64,000 nt of DNA from Candidatus Latescibacterota bacterium (GTDB lineage Bacteria > Latescibacterota > UBA2968 > UBA8231), in assembly GCA_965248355.1 (NCBI GenBank), contig OZ252098.1, forward strand, positions 2,112,001 to 2,176,000. The letters are read 5' to 3'. The position numbers were made by a program, and so were the translations under genes. The notes below the pieces were generated by a model, which saw nothing but the letters and a program-made list of their open reading frames with translations, was not told where the DNA came from and searched no databases. Positions 39,995-47,183 of the stretch are shown here, one piece after another (the stretch's first letter is position 1; every line of letters begins with the position of its first letter).

Positions 39995-40023
39995 TTGACG
40001 GGATGCCTCCCCGCCGCTATACT
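39995..40023 (+). promoter_or_regulatory. Sigma70-type promoter of tRNA-Lys
   Basis: TTGACG-17 nt-TATACT followed by GC-rich discriminator CGCGCCCC. Confidence 0.82.
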
Positions 40024-40041
40024 CGCGCCCCTTCCGAATCT

Positions 40042-40117
40042 GCGCCCATAGCTCAGTTGGTAGAGCGGCTGACTCTTAATCAGTTGGTCCGGGGTTCGAG
40101 TCCCTGTGGGCGCACCA
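40042..40117 (+). tRNA. tRNA-Lys (anticodon CTT)
   Basis: 76 nt cloverleaf: GCGCCCA/TGGGCGC acceptor stem, GCTC/GAGC D-stem, CTCTTAA anticodon loop, TTCGAGT T-loop, encoded CCA. Confidence 0.97.
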
Positions 40118-40120
40118 CTT

Positions 40121-40168
40121 GGACTTTTCGGGGAGTTTCGTCTGGTTCCGCACACTCCCCGTAAGTCC
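40121..40168. terminator. Imperfect stem-loop immediately 3' of the tRNA
   Basis: GGACTTTTCGGGGAGT ... ACTCCCCGTAAGTCC; no clear U-tract. Confidence 0.5.
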
Positions 40169-40242
40169 ATGTTCACCATCATGTTGACGTAGTTCTTGAG
40201 CTTCGGTCCGCGGCTGGCACGGGGGAACGGCCAACAGGCCCC

Positions 40243-42387
40243 TCACCCCCAGGCGAAGAGGAAGTTGCCGGTGTGCCCGGTGAAGTAGTCGATGGTCAGC
40301 CAGAGGCCGACGGTCAGCATCTGACCGGCGATCATCCCCAGGAACACCCCCTGAGTGCGGCGGTAGAGGTTGACGCCTCCATACCGGCAGACCATGACCT
40401 TGATGAGCCAGGCGACGAACACGCTGGTAATGGTGTAGGACATGAGGTCCACGGCCGCCACCGGGAAGCCGATCGGGTGGAGGGGCCACCAGAGCAGGCG
40501 GTGGCGAGCCCAGTACAGCAGGGCCATGATGCCGCCGCCGCCGAAGAGGAAGCCGATGCCCGGCCAGTAGAGACCGGCGGGCTCCAGATTGCGCACGGCG
40601 TTGTCGTAGGCTACCGCCGGCCCCGCCTTGAAGAACCAGGAATCGAGGTTGACGCCGCCGTAGCGGTAGGCGACGTGGAAGATCATCCAAAGCGAGCCCA
40701 GGGTCCCGATCATCAGGGCCAGGATGAGAGCCAGGAAGACCAGCCGCCGGCTGCGCGCATCCATGTCCTCGATCAGCTTGAGGGCGTTCGTGCAGGTCGC
40801 CATGGCAAAGGAGCGGACCTCGCTGGACCAGATGTAGGCCATGGACAGATTGAGCACGCCGGTGGGACCGACGAGAGATGAACCGAGACCCATGACGACG
40901 AAGTCGGGGGCGTTGACGGGTGTCCGCAGCGTCGCCAGCCCGGCTTCGGCGATGATCCGGGTGATGCCGATGAAGATCGCCATGGCCAGGACGATGAAGA
41001 AGAGGGAGACCCAAAGCGGTGTGCCCATGATCCACAGCCACAGGGTCATGACCGCGATCCCCCCGAGGGCGCCGATCACGGCGCCGCGGTAGGAGAGGAT
41101 CTCGTCCCGGTCGTCGACGAGGGGCGCCCGGCCCAGGGCTTTGAGCCAGACCGCCTTCAAGTGCTCGCGGGCGGTCCACAGCACCCCCGCCACCAGCACC
41201 AGCAGGGCGCCCAGCCCCTCGTAGCCGATCAGGGGTGCGTCGTACACGCCGTGGAAGTGCACCTGCTCCGATCTGACCCCGACGGTCGCCAGCACGCTCT
41301 TCTGGATCCTGCCGAGCAGGTAGAACACCCACACGCTGCCCGATATCCTCGTGTCGATGAGGTAGGAGAAGCCGGTCAGGGCGAAGTTGACCTTGCCGCC
41401 CAGGTACGGTATCGGCAGGTGTATGGAGACCATGGGAATGGAGGGGTCGTAGCTCGACATGGCCCTCAGGCTGCCGGCGATGAAGGGGATGGCCATGCCG
41501 ATCCACACGGACGGACGCCTGAAGAAGCCGTTCACCAGCCTGTTCTCGTCCTCGCCGCGGATCATGGCCAGACCGACCTGGGCGATCGGATAGCCCAGCC
41601 GCTCCCGCTCCATCCACTGGCGCCGCAGGATTACGGCGATCGAGATCATGCAGACGTACAGGGCCAGCAGGAAGACGGCCCACCACATCAACGGCTCGAC
41701 CCAGGCGCCGTAGGGGATGCTCTGGCCGGGCCGGGAGATGCCCTCGTAGAACAGGGCGTTCCCGGCGCCGTCGTCTACCAGGATATCATGCTCGGGGAAG
41801 TGGGGGAAGAGCTTCTCCCGCCACTGGTTCTCCGGAGAGGCGTAGTAGAAGATGGCGGTGAGGGAGGGCAGGATCAGCTCGGTCAGGCCCATGGTGCACA
41901 CGGCCGAGACCATGGCCAGCATGGCATAGACCATGATCAGCTCCGCCCGGTTGAGGGCCAGGCTGCGACCGGACCACGCCAGCGGCACGTTGCCGAGGGC
42001 GCAGAGCAGGGCGAAGGTGGAGAAGATCAGCCCGGGTGAATGCGCATCGACATCGCTCAGGGGCCAGTAGGCGTAGAGCCAGGCAGCCCCCAGGGCGATG
42101 GCGAAGGCGAGGGCCGCCCCCTTGCTGCGCGCGGCCAGCTTGAAGGCCAGGTTGAGGATCCCGATCAGCACGACGAAGAGGAAGATGGCCCCCGGGGTGC
42201 TGATGTCTGCAGCCAGGTAGGCGCCCTTGATGATCATGTTGCTGTAGGGAGCGCTGACGGCGAGGAAGAAGCTCAGGAAGCTCCCCACGCAGAACCCCCG
42301 CCACGTCAGGCGGTGGCGCGATTCGAGGAGGGGCTCGGAGCGCGACCTCAGGTGCTCGCGGTAGCTCGGGGCGATTTCCTTTTTCAC
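40243..42387 (-). CDS. Polytopic inner-membrane protein, DUF6785/DUF6784-like (putative transporter)
   Basis: Many hydrophobic segments; WMERERLGYPIAQV, RIIAEAG, WWPLHPIGF, GMIAGQ motifs. Confidence 0.75.
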   Translation of the reverse strand: MKKEIAPSYREHLRSRSEPLLESRHRLTWRGFCVGSFLSFFLAVSAPYSNMIIKGAYLAADISTPGAIFLFVVLIGILNLAFKLAARSKGAALAFAIALGAAWLYAYWPLSDVDAHSPGLIFSTFALLCALGNVPLAWSGRSLALNRAELIMVYAMLAMVSAVCTMGLTELILPSLTAIFYYASPENQWREKLFPHFPEHDILVDDGAGNALFYEGISRPGQSIPYGAWVEPLMWWAVFLLALYVCMISIAVILRRQWMERERLGYPIAQVGLAMIRGEDENRLVNGFFRRPSVWIGMAIPFIAGSLRAMSSYDPSIPMVSIHLPIPYLGGKVNFALTGFSYLIDTRISGSVWVFYLLGRIQKSVLATVGVRSEQVHFHGVYDAPLIGYEGLGALLVLVAGVLWTAREHLKAVWLKALGRAPLVDDRDEILSYRGAVIGALGGIAVMTLWLWIMGTPLWVSLFFIVLAMAIFIGITRIIAEAGLATLRTPVNAPDFVVMGLGSSLVGPTGVLNLSMAYIWSSEVRSFAMATCTNALKLIEDMDARSRRLVFLALILALMIGTLGSLWMIFHVAYRYGGVNLDSWFFKAGPAVAYDNAVRNLEPAGLYWPGIGFLFGGGGIMALLYWARHRLLWWPLHPIGFPVAAVDLMSYTITSVFVAWLIKVMVCRYGGVNLYRRTQGVFLGMIAGQMLTVGLWLTIDYFTGHTGNFLFAWG

Positions 42388-42570
42388 GCCAGGCGCTTCA
42401 GTGGGTGAGGGTGGAGACCGCTTTGCTGATCATCGCCAGCCGGCGCAGAACATGCCGACCAGCGCCATGCCGGCGCCGACGCCGAGCACCATGGCGTTGG
42501 CGCCGTTGTATTCGGACAGCTGCCCCCCGCGTAGATCAAATGGCCGGAGATCCCGGGAGCTGGCGGCGCC

Positions 42571-44280
42571 TCAGCTACCACCCTCCTGTTGTACCAGGGC
42601 TCTCAGGTTCTCTTCGTGGATCTTGACCTGGGGCTCGTACTGTTGCCGCAATTCGCCCAGGAACCGGAAGAAGGCCGCATCGCGCTTCCGCCGCAGGACC
42701 ATGGCCCGGGCTCGCGTCGCGACCTCGGCGAAGGGCTTCGGGCCGCCTCCGAGGGTCGACTCGACGACCCTGAACACGGAATGGTAACGGTCTTCTGACG
42801 CCGCACCGGGGATCACGACCTGGCGGGCCGGCACCTCCACTTCGATGGGACCCAGCAGGTCCCCCGGCGCGGCTCCCCGGGCGGCTTCGAACAGGGCCTC
42901 GTGCCCTTCTCTCTGATACCAATGGAGGTGGAATCTCCCGGTGTCTGGTATGGGCATGCGCCGCAGGGTGTGCTGCTGTGCCAGGACCCGCAGATCCTCA
43001 CCGCGCTCGATCCGGCCCCGGAGCGCGACCGCTTCTTCGCGTGTCGCGACCAGGATTTCGTCCAGCGTCAGGGCCTCCTGGGGGACGAAGCTCTGCGGAT
43101 TCCGGGCGTGGAAGCGCCGCGCCTCGGCCTCGTCCACCTGCACGTCGCCCGTCACCTTCTTCCTGATGACCGCCAGCAGGCGTTCCTGCTCTCTGGCCTG
43201 GCGCCAGGCGACCATCTCCTTCTCGCGGTCGATTCCGGCATTGTGAGCGGCCTGCATGGCCAGCGCGCGGGGAACCAGGACCCACTCCCCAAACCACCGC
43301 ACCTGCTCTCGCACATCTCCCGAGAACTCCCGGTAGTTCTCCCGGGACGAGTCGACGAACTCTCCCACCGTGATGGTGCCGCCGTCGAACTCGTAGAGTA
43401 CCGTGCCGCGCTCCACCTCGGAGAACGTGTGTCCCCCGCTCTCCAGACGCGCGGCGAGAAACTCGAAACCGTCTACTCGGGGCCGCACGTCCAGAGCGCC
43501 CCGCAGTTCCCGGCCAAGCTCCATGGACCGGAAGCCGGCCTTCTCCCGGTGGAGCTCGGCCTCCACCACACTCCGCACCCGTTCGAGGGGAACAGGAACC
43601 TCGTCCATGACCTTGAAAACGCCGTAGGTGCCGTCCGGCAGGGGTATGGGTTCGGTGATCTGACCCTTCTCGAGGGGGAAGACCTTTTCCTGCATGACGG
43701 CCAGGGGCATCTGGTCCCTGGTGGCGGACCCCGCGTAGCGGCCGCCCTGTTCCGCCGTCGGACGGTGGGTCGAGCGCTGCCGCGCCAACTCCCCGAAATC
43801 GGCGCCGCTCTCCAACAGGCGCACGATCTCCTCGGCCTCTTCCCTGCTCTCGACCACGATCTTGCCCGCCTTGACCGCGCGGTTCCGTCCGGTCTTCAGG
43901 TAGTGGTCGTGGATTTCCTGATCTTCGAGCGTGATCTTCGCGTCCACTTCCCGGGCCAGGAACTCCTTCACCAGCCGTTCGGTCCATTCGCGGTCCAGCT
44001 TGCGGCGCATGGCGGGGTCGCGGTCCCATCCCCGCGCTGCCGCTTCCTGAATGAGGATCTCCTTGTCGATCAGGGCCTGCAGATGCTGCCGTCGGCCTTC
44101 GATGCCCGCCTCCTTGGACCTCAGGCTTTCGGCCAGGCGCTCCTCGTAGCGGCGCAGCTGCGCCGCGTGAATGCGGGTCTCTCCCACCTCGGCCAGCACC
44201 GGGCCATGCGAGTCTCCCCCACAACCCGACAGGACCGCCCCCAGAGCCAGGACCAGCACCGATGTGGCAGGTCCCGTCAC
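42571..44280 (-). CDS. Lipoprotein parvulin-type peptidyl-prolyl isomerase / chaperone (PrsA/SurA-like, two PpiC-like domains)
   Basis: Lipobox VLSGC; LIDKEILIQEA; GADFGELARQRS..GG; second domain EILV..GEDLRVLAQQHT; GTG start overlaps the upstream stop. Confidence 0.8.
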   Translation of the reverse strand: MTGPATSVLVLALGAVLSGCGGDSHGPVLAEVGETRIHAAQLRRYEERLAESLRSKEAGIEGRRQHLQALIDKEILIQEAAARGWDRDPAMRRKLDREWTERLVKEFLAREVDAKITLEDQEIHDHYLKTGRNRAVKAGKIVVESREEAEEIVRLLESGADFGELARQRSTHRPTAEQGGRYAGSATRDQMPLAVMQEKVFPLEKGQITEPIPLPDGTYGVFKVMDEVPVPLERVRSVVEAELHREKAGFRSMELGRELRGALDVRPRVDGFEFLAARLESGGHTFSEVERGTVLYEFDGGTITVGEFVDSSRENYREFSGDVREQVRWFGEWVLVPRALAMQAAHNAGIDREKEMVAWRQAREQERLLAVIRKKVTGDVQVDEAEARRFHARNPQSFVPQEALTLDEILVATREEAVALRGRIERGEDLRVLAQQHTLRRMPIPDTGRFHLHWYQREGHEALFEAARGAAPGDLLGPIEVEVPARQVVIPGAASEDRYHSVFRVVESTLGGGPKPFAEVATRARAMVLRRKRDAAFFRFLGELRQQYEPQVKIHEENLRALVQQEGGS

Positions 44281-47183
44281 TCTCTCAATCCGGCGTATAC
44301 GGTGAGATAGGACAGGCCGCTGGTCTCCGACCGGTCTTTGTGGGCGAAGGTGTCGATCTTCCGCCTGTCCACACGAATCCCCATCGTGGCCATCAGCCGG
44401 TATCCCAGGTAACTGCTCGCATTGGCCAGCTGCAGGGCGAGGGACAGCTCATGGAAGTCCCCGGTGGGATCTCCCGGATTCAGGCCGGCTGCGGGGTCGT
44501 CATCGAAGGCCACCTCCCGCTGGGCGAAGTCGCGGAAGATGACCTGCTCCAGGCCGACGATCACCATGCTGTGTCTCAACACCGGGATGTCCAGCCGCAG
44601 GGAGGCCATGCCGGCCCACTCCTTGCGCTCGAAGACCCGGTCGTTCAGGAGCCACTCGGTGTTGAAGGGCGTATCGTCCAGGAACAGCTCCTGCTTGACG
44701 CGCGGACGGAGTTGGATTCCGTTGCCCAGAGGATAGAGCCAACCCAGTTTGTTGATCAAACCGAGCCGCCGGGTGTGCTTCGAGATCTTCCGGCCCTTCC
44801 GGTCCACGGTGAGCTTCTCCCGCTGCCGCAGCACCTCGTGGATCAGCTTGTTCTCGGAGTTGATGCCGGCATTGCCCAGGCGCTCGAAGGCCAGCGACAG
44901 CTTGTTGACCCAGGTATCCGGCAGGCCCAGCGGATCCGGGACCGGGGTCATGCCCGCGTCCCTGAACCTTCCGTGCAGCCATTGGAAGAGGTCGTCCGCG
45001 ATATCGTCCTCGACCCGCTTCAACATGTTGAAGACAGCCAGCTCTCCCACGCCGGGATAGCTGCGCTCGAAGGCGAAAAGGGCATAGCTGCTCACGTTGG
45101 TCTCGCCGGTCGAGGGACGGCGCACCCGCTGGTGGCCCGCGGTGACCTTGGCGCCCGGCATGATCCACGCACCGCCGTACACGTTGTATCCGCGGCGGTC
45201 ACGCTTGTAGGGGTAGTCGGGTTCGTCATCGTTCTCGAAACGGTCCCCCCAGCCGTTGTTGTTCATGTCGATGCCGAAGAGGTACTCGGGCCGGTCCACG
45301 CTGTAGCGCAGGAAGGGCTCGGCGTAATCGGGCACACTGTTGGGCCGCACCCGGGTGTTGTTCTGGTTGAAGTCGGAGATGAAATCGTTGTTCTCGTCGA
45401 GGCCGGGAAAGACCGCCTCGTCCCCGTACCCCTCGAACCCGCGCAGGATGCCGGTGCCCCGTTCCTCTTGTGTCCGGCCGTCGTCGAATATGCGCTGCTG
45501 GTCGTTCTTGCGGTCGTTGTCGTCGTTGTCGTCGACGAAGTCGTAGAGGTAGCGGGCATTGGCCAGAGGCGTGTCCGCGTAGTTGACCCGGCCCGCCGAG
45601 TCCAGGAACCGCATGGTGGTCGAGTATTCGGCGTCCATGCCGAAGGCCTCGCCGAAGAGGTAGTACGGATGGAAGTCCCTGGCCACGTTGACCATCCACC
45701 CTGCGGCGGAGGGATTTCCCCGAAGGCCCGATGAGGTGGTGTGAGTGGTCCGGCTCACGTCGGGGTACTTGCGGTACTGGTGGTTCACGTTGAACTCGCC
45801 GTAGAGCCTGAACCCGGCCAGATCGTCGGCCTCCACCGTAAAGCCGAGGACCTGGGTGGCGGTGGGCAGTCCGTAGTCAAAGACCACGGCGCCCAGGTTG
45901 GAATGGTCCTTCACATTCCCCGGCGCCCGCGCCATGGTCCTGAAGACCGGGCGCGGTTCGTAGAGGGCGTTGTCGGTCTCCTGGTCGGAAGTGACTTCGA
46001 CCTTGTAGTCGTTGCTCAGGACCATCCGGAACCGGACCTTCCTGATGTTGTTGATCACATCGGCCAGGGGCACCACCGTTTCCAGATCGTCGCGGACCTC
46101 CGGGTCCAAGTCGGCCAGCACGTAGTCCAGTCGGATCCGCGCCAGTTCGCCGTCCCCTTCGGCTACCAGGAAGCCATCCCGAGGGACGCCTCCCGAAACC
46201 CTCGGATAGAAGCCGATCCGGCTGCCCACCAGCACCGTGTCCAGCTCTCCTACCCGGGTCGTGATCTCGATCTCGTGGGCGAAGAGGACGGGACTTCCCT
46301 CGCCGTCTTCCGGGGAATCGTCGGTAATCCGCACGGTGATCCGGTTGATGCGCGCCCCCGCCTGGTGGGAGCTCAGCCTTCCGGTGTATGGACTCCCGTC
46401 GAAGGGCCGGGTCGAGCTCCGCGCGTTGTGGGCGTTCACGAAGGTTCCGCCGAGGCGCGCGAAGTCGGCCACGTTCCAGACGGCCCGGAGACCGACGAGA
46501 GTGGTGAATTCGTCGATGAAACTGGACGTTGGCTCGACCAGCGGGACATTGATTCTGGACATGAGGGCAGTGGCCGAGCCGTGATCCGACATGTAGTCGA
46601 ACTGGACCCCGTTGAAGGCCGTCTTCCGAAGGGTCATGGGCGTCAGGGTCGTGCTGATCTCGTCGCCGATGCTCACCCGGAAGTGGTGCTGCCCCTTGGC
46701 GTCCGAAGAAACCACGAGGGAGCCGAGAAGGTCCTTGTACTGTTCGGTCTTGTGGAGCAGGTTCCCCTCGGAGGTCCGGGGCCGGCTCTGCTGCCAGTCG
46801 TAGATCAGCCAGCCTCGGGTCAGGAGCCTGCCGTAGAGATCGTAGTGATAGTCGCCCTCCTGATCGGTGGCCCGGTAAGGCCAGTAGCGCTCGAGGGCAT
46901 AGTTGGTCCCCTCCTCCCAGCGCCAGCGGTAGCGGTTGGCGGCCTCCTGGGGCAGGTACCATTTCCTGAGGGATGGAACGAAGGCGTCCGGACGCAGGCT
47001 GGGAGCCGCCGGGTAGTAGATCGCCCGGCCGCTCTCGCGGATGCCCAGGAGATTCCCGTAGCCCGACTGGGGCGCGCCGGGATCGACGCCCAACGTCACC
47101 GCGAGCCCGACGAGGATGAGGATTCGGGACCGGCCTGCGGGCCCCCCGGGCCGCACGGTGCGCGCTTCGGAGGGCTCGACCAT
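44277..47183 (-). CDS. Large exported protein, paralog 2 of a pair (putative outer-membrane protein with acidic Ca-binding-like loops)
   Basis: Hydrophobic N-terminal segment; shares blocks with 47183-49999 (KWYxPQE, YDLYG..LTRGWL.YDW, DDSPEDG, YGLPTA, FPGxDENNDF, C-terminal TVYAGL). Confidence 0.7.
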   Translation of the reverse strand: MVEPSEARTVRPGGPAGRSRILILVGLAVTLGVDPGAPQSGYGNLLGIRESGRAIYYPAAPSLRPDAFVPSLRKWYLPQEAANRYRWRWEEGTNYALERYWPYRATDQEGDYHYDLYGRLLTRGWLIYDWQQSRPRTSEGNLLHKTEQYKDLLGSLVVSSDAKGQHHFRVSIGDEISTTLTPMTLRKTAFNGVQFDYMSDHGSATALMSRINVPLVEPTSSFIDEFTTLVGLRAVWNVADFARLGGTFVNAHNARSSTRPFDGSPYTGRLSSHQAGARINRITVRITDDSPEDGEGSPVLFAHEIEITTRVGELDTVLVGSRIGFYPRVSGGVPRDGFLVAEGDGELARIRLDYVLADLDPEVRDDLETVVPLADVINNIRKVRFRMVLSNDYKVEVTSDQETDNALYEPRPVFRTMARAPGNVKDHSNLGAVVFDYGLPTATQVLGFTVEADDLAGFRLYGEFNVNHQYRKYPDVSRTTHTTSSGLRGNPSAAGWMVNVARDFHPYYLFGEAFGMDAEYSTTMRFLDSAGRVNYADTPLANARYLYDFVDDNDDNDRKNDQQRIFDDGRTQEERGTGILRGFEGYGDEAVFPGLDENNDFISDFNQNNTRVRPNSVPDYAEPFLRYSVDRPEYLFGIDMNNNGWGDRFENDDEPDYPYKRDRRGYNVYGGAWIMPGAKVTAGHQRVRRPSTGETNVSSYALFAFERSYPGVGELAVFNMLKRVEDDIADDLFQWLHGRFRDAGMTPVPDPLGLPDTWVNKLSLAFERLGNAGINSENKLIHEVLRQREKLTVDRKGRKISKHTRRLGLINKLGWLYPLGNGIQLRPRVKQELFLDDTPFNTEWLLNDRVFERKEWAGMASLRLDIPVLRHSMVIVGLEQVIFRDFAQREVAFDDDPAAGLNPGDPTGDFHELSLALQLANASSYLGYRLMATMGIRVDRRKIDTFAHKDRSETSGLSYLTVYAGLRE

